From NCBI RefSeq assembly GCF_001194135.2, contig NC_068985.1, positions 36,945,177 through 37,001,769 of the forward strand: 56,593 nucleotides of DNA, given 5' to 3'. This DNA comes from Octopus bimaculoides (lineage: Eukaryota). The position numbers and the translations under genes were made by a program. The notes below the pieces were generated by a model. That model searched no databases and had not been told where the DNA came from. It was given only the letters and a program-made list of their open reading frames with translations. Positions 25,832-38,246 of the stretch are shown one piece after another; the stretch's first letter is position 1, and the number at the start of each line of letters is the position of its first letter.

Positions 25832-26030
25832 ATTAAGTTCGTCCAGAGTTGCTTCTCTTAGGTACATCTATTGACAAGAGTCTAAAAACTCGAAACATCG
25901 ATGTCTGGGAATCCTAACAGATGGCGACACTAAACGAACTGGGTGTTTTCACACCTTTTTACCAGAAGAGAAATGTATTTGCATTTTAGCAGTTGAAATA
26001 TGTGACAAACATATTTCAACTAACCTAAAT
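25832..26030 (+). mobile_element. structured hammerhead-bearing repeat, copy 1 (Penelope pseudo-LTR or retrozyme-like)
   Basis: Aligns with the reverse complement of 30039-30256. Contains a hammerhead motif and a 13-bp hairpin agttgaaatatgt-gacaa-acatatttcaact. Confidence 0.7.
25867..25909 (+). ncRNA. type I minimal hammerhead ribozyme motif, U3-A8 variant
   Basis: tcta | TTGACAA | GAGT-ctaaaa-ACTC | GAAA | CATCGATG | TC | tggg. G10.1-C11.1 intact, palindromic stem III (ACATCGATGT), GUC triplet at 25903-25905, 4-bp stem I with two G.U pairs. Confidence 0.65.
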
Positions 26031-26243
26031 TCTGCTCATACTTAAGCACTGTTTTGCGCCAATGCTTCGTTTTATATATANNNNNNNNNNGGATAGACCA
26101 CGGTTAAGCTCCAGGTTCGGAGGTTATGTCAATAAGGGGTCCAACGTAGGTCATATATCAACGTGTGAATATAAGGATTTACTTTTCGTAATGAGATAAA
26201 AGACCAAGGCTGTGTATAATATAGAACATTTATAAATAGAATT

Positions 26244-26289
26244 TCTTACAGCTGTTTCCAGGATATTTATTATATCCCTTCATCCGAGA
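26244..26289 (-). ncRNA. degenerate minimal hammerhead motif (Penelope-type)
   Basis: tct | CGGATGA | a-GGGATAT-aataa-ATATCCT-g | GAAA | CAGCTG | TA | aga. 7-bp stem II, palindromic stem III ACAGCTGT, GUA triplet; U4 is replaced by G. Confidence 0.5.
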
Positions 26290-28334
26290 CGGTGTAAGAG
26301 TACTACAGGACATTACTTACACCCCGGCGGGTCACCTCTTTCATCACTCAACATCTATTCTTTCCTTTATCTGATCACCAAAAAGGAATGTGTCACCGTG
26401 TGCAAAAGAGGAGACTGTTCTTGTTTGATCCTGTCATGCGGATGGCGCTTTTGTTCACCTTTAGTAACGTCACTCACTATCCCTCGCCGACCCCGACCCC
26501 ATATATTTCTGCCTTTCTCATGATATACATGATCCTTCCTCCCTTTCACCATTCCGACTTTTCTGCTGGCTTGTTACCTCTTTCCTATACTCTTCCTAGG
26601 TTACCCGGATAAAGGTACACTCCTTAGGCTATTGAGTACTTTCTACTCCTACTGTCCTTCTCAACAACCCATTTCTGGCCTGTTTACTCTTCCTTTATAC
26701 ACTATACATAGGTTTAATGAAGATGTAGCATCAACTGTATGAGAAAACACTCCTTCCTCTCTATGACATTTACCGAGATTTATAAATTTCTGTAAATATT
26801 TTATGTTGACTTGACAATGTAGGTCTCTGACCCTTGTTGTGACATTTATAACAATTTCTACATCTTTAAATGTAACGTCAAGCGACACAATACCTAAAAA
26901 ACTAAGTTGATGAATAAATATATTCCGATAGGGAATATTTTGTGGAATAGTGGGATCTAATCAAACACGTGTTAATTTGCAAAACATACTGCTCTACCCT
27001 GAGGCTGGTGCCTTCTATAGTCTCCTGGATTCTGATAGAAATCGATACAGTCTGGTGGCGTGCGTTGTAAAAGATACAGTTCGTCATATTTCGTAGTTGG
27101 TGCAAATACTACTAAAGGTTTTGACTTCATAACTTAAGATCAGACGAGTTGAACACATTGTTGTAAGATTCCAAAGCAGATTACATTGTGCCTGTAGTTG
27201 TATGGTACCCATCCACCCTATGTACACGAATTTTCACGATTGTCCCCTCTTGGCCTTGGATACATAATCTCTAAAAGCTGAATAAACGAAGGAATGAAAC
27301 GATTTTAGAGTTATAAACACATTATCTACATACGAGTGGTTAATTATTTAGCCTGTCAAATTGTACACTGAAGTCACTGAAGCTCTGCTATTGTCTTAGC
27401 TTTGAATCTGACATTTTACTGGTGCTGTTATAGTCATTGCTTATAGCTTAGAATCCCTACCGCCAAACATATGAGTTATCACTTTAAGAGTAAATTCTCA
27501 TTTATCATATTTAGCTGTGTTTATTATAGCCATGTGTATCAAGCTATAATTCATTACAGATAGCCAAAATGCATCTTACTCTTTCCTTCAAAATATATCT
27601 TTAGTGTACAAGAAAAGGGCAACTTGAAAATTGCAGCTTAGGAGTAAAAAAAAAAAAAAATTATCATAGCAAACGAGTTATTATATTCCGAGGTATAATT
27701 TTCTTATGGTTACAGAGAGCTATAAGTGTGGAAGAATAGCTAACCTACCGGATAAACACCAAAGTGGAGAGCTTTATCATGCCCGTTGTCTTATTATTCA
27801 AAATCTCAATTTAGCACCACTTAAATATCAATATATTATAGTTCATTCAACGAACTCTCCCAAATTCAATGAAATTATTTGTTGGATTAGTGAAAAAAAA
27901 TTACTGCAAACTGAATTATTTTGTTCCCGTGCATAAGCACAAGGCAGCCTCTTTGTTGGGTAAAATAATCAGTCGAGTTTCAAACACTGAACGACTGGAG
28001 CTTATTCTGTTGACCATTGAGGAAAATTGGTTAACGTAGTGATTGAACTGAATTAAAAATAGAAAATTGGAACTAAGAGCAAAACAAGAAAAAAGTTAAA
28101 AGAAAACGTAAATTTGTTTCATCTATGACCCATATATATATATATATATATGTATGTATGAATATATGAGTCAAGCTTAGTTGTGTTTATCTGCATCACT
28201 ACCTTCATATTAGCTCGTCTTGGATTTTTCTTATAGCCACTCTTGACACCACGGACCTAGTTCAGGATGAAGAATTCGAAGTTCAAATTCATTTGATCCT
28301 TGCTACGTGTTTTCTATACTACGTGTTTTCTATA

Positions 28335-28893
28335 CTTTTCGTCTGAGAAGAACCAAATGACATCTTTCTCTGCTGGGTTCTTAAGTTGGTTCAGGCGTCT
28401 TTTAGATCTGATTAAGCGATTTCCCTTCGCTGTTTCTGACATAAAATGACCTTTTCTCATCACATCTGATGTCTTTGTGGACAACATTTCGGATTGTTCC
28501 TTCTGACACATCGTGTTCTTTTCCAATCGACCTCGTAGATCTTCTGGGATTGTCATCAATGGTTTGCTTTACTTGTTGAATAAATTCGGATGTTCTAATA
28601 GCATCAGTGCGTCTACAATGTTTCTTACATTTTGACATTGGCTATACATTTCCGTCTTTAGCCTCCAACTCCTTGCGAGTTTTGTAGACGAAGAATTTGG
28701 CGACTTTTAAATATCATGGTGTTTCTAAATTGCTATGTTCAGCCTTTATAGCCACGATGACTGCGTGCCTCTTCCTTTCTTGTGTAATCATAGGGTCTGC
28801 CATTGATAATTCTGAAAAATGGAAAATATTAAGTTGATAAATATGCTGCTATAGTAAAATTAACATATGCCCTCAAATACCATACGCACCCTG
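28335..28893 (-). mobile_element. maT/DD37D-like (Tc1/mariner superfamily) transposon, 5' half
   Basis: Terminus CAGGGTGCG at 28893. From ATG 28803: MADPMITQERKRHAVIVAIKAEHSNLE..*..RTDAIRTSEFIQQVKQTIDDNPRRSTRSI..VSEGTIRNVVHKDIR, then VMRKGHFMSE..NRLIRSKRRLNQLKNPAEKDVIWFFSDEK (first catalytic Asp), then truncated. Family assignment is from remembered motif similarity. Confidence 0.8.
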
Positions 28894-28903
28894 CATATAT
28901 ATA

Positions 28904-30003
28904 TGTAAGAACGACCGTGCGAACTCAAAAAGGAGAAATGGTGACGAATGGAAAAAACAGAGGACTCCTTTTATTTAAACGTGTCACACGGTCGAACACA
29001 AAATAGTATATCAAAGATGATATACAAATAATTTTATACTTCGATAACATTAGTGAATTCGTAAATACCAGTAATGAAGAGACGATAGAAGGCAACCGTA
29101 TGAAATGAATAACAGAGATATTTATTGTGGCATTAAAGTGTATGTCTGTGTAAGAGTGTGAATGCGACATATAAGAACATAATCAAAGACAGGCCGTCGT
29201 ACAAAGAAAAGTATGTATGTGAGTGATACATGTATGTGTATGTAAGATATTACAGCAGATAGAAAGAGTCAGTAACACGTGAGCATTTATACCAGTTCTT
29301 GAGTACACATTAGGAAAAGTCTGTATGTGAGAGTAGTTGAGGCTGTGTGTGGCAGAGCTGATCACTAGTTGTGATGTTGTGGCATCGAGGCCGGGCCGTG
29401 ATTCTTGTTATACAGATNNNNNNNNNNNNNNNNNNNNNNNNNNNNNNNNNNNNNNNNNNNNNNNNNNNNNNNNNNNNNNNNNNNNNNNNNNNNNNNNNNN
29501 NNNNNNNNNNNNNNNNNNNNNNNNNNNNNNNNNNNNNNNNNNNNNNNNNNNNNNNNNNNNNNNNNNNNNNNNNNNNNNNNNNNNNNNNNNNNNNNNNNNN
29601 NNNNNNNNNNNNNNNNNNNNNNNNNNNNNNNNNNNNNNNNNNNNNNNNNNCTGTCGTGTGGTACACGGAACAGATCTCAAAGAGAACTGAACCGAGACGA
29701 ATTTGGCAGCCGAGTTAAAGCTATTTATAACAAACTATCGGCTCCCGAAGGCTTCAGAAAAATACTCTATCACGTGACCTTATTAGGGGCCGTGATTGGT
29801 CAGTTTGCGTTCTGGCAGGAACGGTTCGAAGAAGTTGCCGATTCGAATAATAATCAGTCACGTGATGACAAGGAATGGGTTCTCCGCTACGTCCGCGTTT
29901 GTTTATATTTAAATGAGAAGATTGTATGTAATGGCGATAGTAGTTTTGTATCTAATGGCGATAGGTAGTTTTGTATCTAATGGCGATAGGTAGTTTCGCT
30001 ACA
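28904..30003 (-). mobile_element. probable solo LTR (Gypsy-like), includes a 233-N gap
   Basis: TGTA...TACA termini and TATA on both flanks (28900-28903, 30004-30007). On the minus strand, in order: three ~25-bp tandem repeats (29929-29996), two TCACGTGA E-boxes (29858, 29770), CCAAT (29795-29799), TATAAATA (29722-29729) and AATAAA (29121, 28970). Confidence 0.7.
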
Positions 30004-30005
30004 TA

Positions 30006-30038
<33 letters not shown>

Positions 30039-30040
<2 letters not shown>

Positions 30041-30256
30041 TTAGGTTAGTTGAAGTATGTTTGTCACATATTTCAACTGCTAAAGGCAAAAACACTGCAG
30101 GTACCGTATAGAAAAATCTCTCTTATGGTAAAAAGGTGTGAAAACACCCAGTTCGTTCAGTGTCACCATCTCTCGGGAATCTCAGACATCGACGTTTCGA
30201 GTTTATTGACTCTTATCGATGAGATGTACCTAAGAGAGGCTACTCTGAACGAACTA
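30039..30256 (-). mobile_element. structured hammerhead-bearing repeat, copy 2
   Basis: Reverse complement aligns to 25832-26030, from agttcgttcagagtagcctctcttaggtac through aacatacttcaactaacctaaat. Confidence 0.7.
30179..30225 (-). ncRNA. type I minimal hammerhead ribozyme motif, U3-A8 variant (U4 replaced by C)
   Basis: ATCTCA | TCGATAA | GAGT-caataa-ACTC | GAAA | CGTCGATG | TC | TGAGAT. Perfect 6-bp stem I, 4-bp stem II, GUC triplet. Confidence 0.6.
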
Positions 30257-31097
30257 AATATGCTGAACTAGATAGGCTAAACGATTATATTTTGGGTGTC
30301 TGATAAATCTGCCTGGTTGTATTTGAACCTGAGATTAGTAAAAAACTGTTTTACATGATACTCTGTAGTTTTAATCAATACACAAGTAAATACATTTTTA
30401 AACTCAACGGATATCAATGAAACGCTTCCTAAAGAAAATTGTTAATCAATCGCTCACAGGAGGATACGTTCTGCAGAATGTCTTAAAGTCAATAATGTCT
30501 ATACTGGTGTATAAAAAACAATTGTCTAAAGAAAAAACAAAAAAAATCTGAAAAGCCTATTGTACAATATGAACTCACTTCCTGACAGCTTATGTATTGA
30601 TATATTATCTATTTGAACTTCCTTTTCTATCTACCTTGAGTGTATCGTCTGGGATTGAAACAAATAAAGAAAAATATTTCTAGAAGTATAGAATGAAATG
30701 AAATATAAGTTCGGTCCTTAGCCCATATTTTTCTCTCTTTTACTTTTCCATTTCTGACATTTTTTTTTTCTCTCAGAATAAATAAATACAATAAAAACGG
30801 TTTAGCTTCTTTTAGACGTTCGTCAAGCATTAAGCGAGGAACGATGGAGAGAACACAAAAACAGAATTGAATAGAAATAAATGCAGAAATTATGGGTTAA
30901 ATGTTAACTCGAGAGATTGGACGAGAAAATATCTCTAAGTTCATTTATCGAAGTTTTTTTTTCTTTCTCTTTCTTTTGTTTGTGAAAAACACAGAAATAC
31001 AGTCATTCACGCACATGCACAAACGCATAGATACAATATATACATACACACATGCGCACACACACATACGCACACATGTACACACACGTGTGTGTGG

Positions 31098-31136
<39 letters not shown>

Positions 31137-31155
31137 ATATGTATTATGCATATTG

Positions 31156-31249
<94 letters not shown>

Positions 31250-31419
31250 AATATACATATTTATATGTGTATATGTACAAATATACATACATATATACAT
31301 ACACATACACAGACATTTATATATATACATACATATATATATATACATACTTATAGATATATACACACATATAGATATATACATATATATATGCGCACAT
31401 ATACACACACATGTATATA

Positions 31420-31461
<42 letters not shown>

Positions 31462-32295
31462 AATACACACACAGTTATATATACATGCATATAAATACAT
31501 ACATAAATATATACATATATATATGTGTGAGTATATATATATATATGTATGCATACGCATTACATTTCTAGATATTCTACCACGAACACCATTCTAATTG
31601 ATTTAATGGTCACCTATGTTTCGTAGCGAGTGAGGTCAACCAGAGAGAAAATGGCTGTAGCATTCATCCAGCACTTGTGAATAACAACAATGCTTCTGAC
31701 TTTTTGCATGCCAGTCGCGGGGTTTCGATACCTTCCTATTATTTTGGCTTACTTCAAATGGCATTTGACAAGGTCAATGTTCTGTTGTAACCTTGGTCGT
31801 CCTTCTGCGAGTGCAGGAGATAGTTTTCAATAAAGATGATGTATTGAGTCAGGAATTAATACAAACACCAATCATATCCATAACACCTAGAGTTGACATA
31901 TTTATTACTTTTTTCTCCCCGGCGATACTGTTCGCACAGTACCACCTCCACTCCTTTAACTCCGTTCCAGAATATCGCTTCAGTTATTCAGGTGGCTCAG
32001 CCAGTGGCTATTGACGGGCGGATCGTGGTAAGAAGACTAGCATTAGAAGCTGCCATTACATGTGCATTACCTGATTAGAGTGTTTGGTAAAAAGGTAGAG
32101 AGGGAAGAGTGAGAGAGAGAAAGTGAAAGTGGGAGAGAGTGAGAGAGAGAGTGAGAGGGAGAATGTATGGGGGAGGTAGATAAAGATGAGAGAGGAAGGA
32201 GGAAGGAAGGATGGATGGAATGATATTAATGTCTGTCATATAGTAAGCCTGAGTGACAAAGAGCGTTAGTGAGCAAGTAAATATGTGTTCGTCAT

Positions 32296-32328
<33 letters not shown>

Positions 32329-32528
32329 GAGAGGGAGAGAGAGAGGGAGAGAGAGAGAGAGAGGGAGAGAGAGAGAGAGAGTGACAAAGACAGAGAGAGA
32401 GAGAGAAGGAGAAATGGAGGAGGAATAGAGAGGGGGAACAGCGAGAGAGCGTGGGTAGAGAGAGAAAGTGACAGTGGAGGATGAAAAAAGAGGAAAAGAA
32501 AGAGTGGGAGACAAAGAAATAAAGAATG

Positions 32529-32580
<52 letters not shown>

Positions 32581-32917
32581 AGAGTGAGAGAAAGGGAAAT
32601 GGATTTAGTTTCGAAAAGAATAGATGGAGGGCGAGTGATAATGTAATATTGAAAGAGTTATAAAAATTGAGAAAGTGAGAGATGTAGATTCACACACACA
32701 CACACACACACACACACGCTCACACGCGTGCACGCGCATGCGCATACACATACACACGTGGCACTCACACATGCGTGCGAACACGCGCTTGTACACATGT
32801 AGGTAGGCACACACATACGTACACACGCCTGTGTATGTGTCGGTATGTGCGTGCATGCGTGTGTGTGTGTGTGTGTGTATTTGTGTATATACAGACCACA
32901 CACACGACAGGAGAGAA

Positions 32918-32998
<81 letters not shown>

Positions 32999-33663
32999 AT
33001 AGATGTCATATATAAGTGAAGAAAAAAGTGTCAGAGAGTAAACAGGCAGGTATAATATATAGCGAAGGCGGAGGAATAGGTTATAGAGAGTCGTCCGAGG
33101 TAAGGAGGAATAGTCATTCAACAGCAGATGACGGGGTGTTATAGTGGAAATATTTAGAGAGTAAAAGAGAGGAAGAAAGAATTAACGAGAGTTAGAGGGG
33201 GGAAAATGCTAGAAAGAGGAGCAGTAAGAGAAGATTAGAAATAGAGACAAAAAGGTTATCAATTATATTAGTTATATCTTAGACACTGATCATATATAAA
33301 TAAAATAAATTTCGAAATGATTCTGTTCTTTTAATCGATGAGAAATTCTGAAACTGCTCAGGAAGCATGGAATTAACATTGATAGTACCACATTCCTGAA
33401 CAACTTCCAAAATGTATCTTAAATATGAAACATAAACCAAAAGAAAACACGGCTGCCAACGATCAAATTTCTGTTGATATTTTGTACACGTCACTGACTC
33501 AGTTGTAAACATACTGGTCATACAATACAACAATTTTATAGGACACGATTCTGGTGGTGTTTTTGAAAATTTTCGGAAAAAAGTTATTGACAGTCACCAA
33601 TTATCATAGTTGGTAATAATTCCAAGATGGACTTATGCGACGCATTGTTTGTGTCCTATGGCT

Positions 33664-34046
33664 TTCGTTGAGCCATGTAAATAGCTAAGTCACTGAAATC
33701 ACTTTTAACTTTCACTGAGCTGCATATATTATAATCAAGGCAGTTGGTTGTAGTTGGTTATAGGAAGTCTCCTGTAGACTTCACTGAGCTGTCTTCATAT
33801 AGCCAAGCTATTTGTAATCTTCACGGAGCTGTGTATGTAAAGAAGACACGTAACTCTATCGTAAATTTCATTGTGTTTATGGTTGGGACAGCTGCACCGT
33901 TCGTTGAGCTGTGTATAAGTCCAACACATTTAACTCTTTTGTGACCTTCTCTGAGCTGTATATACAGCCAGTACATCTAACTTTCTGATAATCTTCATTC
34001 AGCAGTGCGTTCAGCCAATATATTTAATTCTCATGTAATCTTCAAG
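33664..34046. repeat. degenerate 47-bp minisatellite, ~8 units
   Basis: The anchor ttc(a/g)(c/t)tgagc recurs at 33664, 33711, 33780, 33820, 33900, 33947, 33994 and 34041, giving spacings 47, 69, 40, 80, 47, 47, 47. Confidence 0.6.
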
Positions 34047-37000
34047 TAAACTTCCTCAGGTAATTCGAATAGTTCTAAAGAATATGTACACATTGTTTAG
34101 CTACGATTGCCTTGTAAGATCGATAGGAAAGAAATCATTAAACTCATTTGATTCGCTGAGCTCCAATTCTATGTCCTGTCGAGATCAACTTAATTTTCAT
34201 CTTTTCCGGGGAAAATAAAAACATAACGATTCAAGGCGCGGGAGATTGGCGAAATTGTAAAAATGTCAACCTGGATGCCTTGCAGTATTTGTTCTGGCAT
34301 TTTGCGTCCAAATACAACTTGGTTGGTTGATTGAATCCAATTTAACAACACCACTTGGTTAATGGACCAGGTGCCTTTAGAGGCACAGCAGAACCCACTG
34401 TTGCAAACACTCGGGGTAGGTCTCCGTTTTAAGGATTGTCATATTCCTCCCCACTATTATAAGAGGCCCTTCCTTCCCTCCTGACTAAAAAGGTAGCGTG
34501 GCATGCTCATTTGACACCAGAGCGAACACAAAGAAAAAAGGAGTAGAATATTATACCAACCTGAAATATGAAATCCTCGAGTGTTGGAACAGAGAAGTTA
34601 GCAAGGTCTTATACTACCGACTATCATTTAAGCTTTGGGAGGAAAGATGAGAGAAAAATCTGAGAAGAAACCTTAAAAATACTTGGTCTTATCTTAGGAG
34701 TTAGCGTAGAGCAGCAATCGTCTACTAGACTCAGTAATAATTATTCAGAAGTATGAACAAATGTGAAGAGCTGAAAATATTTTATTGAGAAGGTACAAAA
34801 TGCTCCTCATCTGAGACGACGATTTGTATTTCGATAAATTGAGTACAACGTTAATTATGTGAGAAACAGAACATAATAATGATGACGATGATGACGATTA
34901 TGCTGACGACTCTACTGTCGACGACGATGATGATAACGATGATTATTACAGCGACGACGGCAATGATTATAAATGATATTCTCAAAGGTTTACGCTTACG
35001 AAATTTATACATACAAACACGAATCAGTATTCAATGATTCTACGCTTCCAATTTTATATCAGTATTTCTTCTTACACTTCACATCTCTCTTAATACTTAC
35101 ACTGTATATTACGTATACACCTAGCTTATTAAAATTTATATCCCATATATACTCGAGTATATACACTTGTGATTTGTTGTAATGTTGAACGTTAAATGAA
35201 GGAAGCAGCTTAGGCAGTTGAGAGTATTTAATCACTTACTCGCTCTTGCTCTAAGTCATAAGTTAATGACTCGGTAGGCGATTGTACAAAATCACAAAAG
35301 AAGGAAAGATGATGATGGTAGCAATAGCAATAATGATAATGACGATAATAATGATGACGATGACGACGACGACGATGAGGATAATGATGACGAGCACGAC
35401 GATGGTGATGATGATGATGATGACGACGACGACGCAAAATCAGTGCGTCTTCAAAACTTTTATAGAAACATCTAAACACAGGCAAACATCGTGGGATATA
35501 AACACACACACACAAACACACACAAATAGAAAAGAAAAGAAAAGATCGCCCGGTCCTTAATGAAATCAATTGCGGGAAAACAGAAATATTCAAAATAGAC
35601 AAGAACTACAGAAATATAAAAAAAACAACAGAAAGAAATGAAGTATGTGGAGTCAACGAACGCCTGAAACAAGAGATCAACAGAAATGCTAGTCGTTATA
35701 AAATAAAAAAGACAACGGTCCTGCTTTTTATACCCATCTCCTATCAAAATTATTTTTAAAGAACTATTTAAAAATAACCAAGAAACCGAAGCAGCCCCAT
35801 TGGCTAGCAAAGCAGAAGGATTTTAAGGAAGAACATGAACAACGAATAATAAGAAGGCTAGAAGTAGCTCATGCGTTTCAAAGAAAATGAACAATTGGAA
35901 AACAACAGGATGTGAGGGAGTTTTAAACCTCAGGTTAAAATATTTAACAGACGCACGGAATGGTTGTAAAAATATTGAATAATTACTTGAATGGCTCACC
36001 GAGGGGTAAAACATCTTAATGTGCAAGAGCACAGAAACCATAAACCCTCAAACTAAATATTTATTATTTGGGCGTCTATAGTGTACGAAGCTTTAACTGC
36101 AGTAGTATCGCAGAGAATAAAAATTGAAACAATAAAATAAAAATAAAATGAAATAATTCACATCTATAAGAAGAGAAAGACTCATAAGAATTAATGAAGC
36201 CATAATCGAAAATTCGAGAAGAATGAACAGTCTGAAGCTGGCATAGGTTTTTGAGTGTAACTCAGTCGCAAATTTTGGAAAGATCAGTTATGAACGTAAC
36301 AGTTCTAACAAAATATGTCATGAAGAAGTACCGAAGATTTCTGTAGATATAAATAAAAATGGGATATATATTATACAAATAAAAATAGTATTAGAAAAAG
36401 AAAATTTCCACGATGACTCCAACTCTTACATTTCTTATCCGCTCAGGAGTGACCAATTTAAGTAACATACTAACCCTGATTGAATTTGGTTAGAAATAAT
36501 ATGAGAGAACAAGATGCCATTTTATGTGTATAGCTGATGTTTAATTTTAGATTTCAGATTACAAATAACTGGAAATATTAAAGACTGTTTATGATTCAAA
36601 TAGGACTGACATAAAATTTGGTTCTATAAAGTGAAGCAAGGCAATCTTGAGGAAATGAGAATTAAAAGAAACAACGCTAATATCATGTTAAATAAAGAAA
36701 GTGCTAAGATAACTAGTCAAAGACATATACATATAAAATCGTAAGAATTTTCTAAATAGACAGAAAAAGAAAAGATTTGCGAAGAATGTTATAAACGCAT
36801 CCTCTGTGCGATGATTTGCATGAGGTGGAGGTTGTCGTGGTCCGGATTTTCTGTCCGGATTTGCTGACCATATTACCGTCAGCAAGAGCCAAAATATTTG
36901 TTAGTACATAAGCATGAATCTTAAATTCTGCGTCTTTATGCTTTCGGATATATCAGGGTTTGGTAGCCGCATACAAAAATTCAGTTGCAGTCCAATAAGC

Positions 37001-37607
37001 TGAACATAGCAACCGTAAACTACACCCTTAAATAAATTAAAGAAATATAGCCTTAGATATGCGTTATATCAAGCATTATAGTTCCTGGCATACAAACGAC
37101 AAAATTGCTATGATTGGAAAGCCTTTTACAACAGTTTTTAATTATACTAGGTCAAGGTCTGCACAACAACACCAACGTTCACTTCAAACCAACGACGGAA
37201 AGATTGCACCGGCGTCCTATTTGATACATATAGCAACTATATATCACTCAAATCACAAGTTCCTCATCTGAAATTGGAAAAGTGTACTTTTAGGTCATCG
37301 ACGTCAGGAGTTTCTTTTTATATTCAGTAAGCGATAGTAAATATACAGTCAAATAATTATCTAATTTCTTCCCCATTCCTTTCCCCATGAGCTATTCTAA
37401 ACGACCGCCGATCAGCTATTGCACCCGTCGTACGAGCGAAATAGTTTATTTATTAACCTTTTAATAAATGAAAAATTGTCTGTCGATAATAGCAAAGTAC
37501 CCAATAATGAATATATTAGAAAACACTAGAAAATGTAGATCCATCCATCCATCCATCCATCCTTACATACATACATACATACATATGTGTGCGTGTGTGT
37601 GCATTTA

Positions 37608-37678
<71 letters not shown>

Positions 37679-38204
37679 NNNNNNNNNNNNNNNNNNNNNN
37701 NNNNNNNNNNNNNNNNNNNNNNNNNNNNNNNNNNNNNNNNNNNNNNNNNNNNNNNNNNNNNNNNNNNNNNNNNNNNNNNNNNNNNNNNNNNNNNNNNNNN
37801 NNNNNNNNNNNNNNNNNNNNNNNNNNNNNNNNNNNNNNNNNNNNNNNNNNNNNNNNNNNNNNNNNNNNNNNNNNNNNNNNNNNNNNNNNNNNNNNNNNNN
37901 NNNNNNNNNNNNNNNNNNNNNNNNNNNNNNNNNNNNNNNNNNNNNNNNNNNNNNNNNNNNNNNNNNNNNNNNNNNNNNNNNNNNNNNNNNNNNNNNNNNN
38001 NNNNNNNNNNNNNNNNNNNNNNNNNNNNNNNNNNNNNNNNNNNNNNNNNNNNNNNNNNNNNNNNNNNNNNNNNNNNNNNNNNNNNNNNNNNNNNNNNNNN
38101 NNNNNNNNNNNNNNNNNNNNNNNNNNNNNNNNNNNNNNNNNNNNNNNNNNNNNNNNNNNNNNNNNNNNNNNNNNNNNNNNNNNNNNNNNNNNNNNNNNNN
38201 NNNN

Positions 38205-38246
<42 letters not shown>

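Noticed and set aside
26690-27260. Possible Penelope RT/thumb remnant next to the hammerhead motifs
   Set aside because: Only faint similarity (DIYN.., IVGSNQTR) with many stops; not supportable without a search.
33664-34046. CRISPR-like appearance of the spaced repeat
   Set aside because: Eukaryotic context, degenerate repeats, linkers similar to one another and no cas genes.
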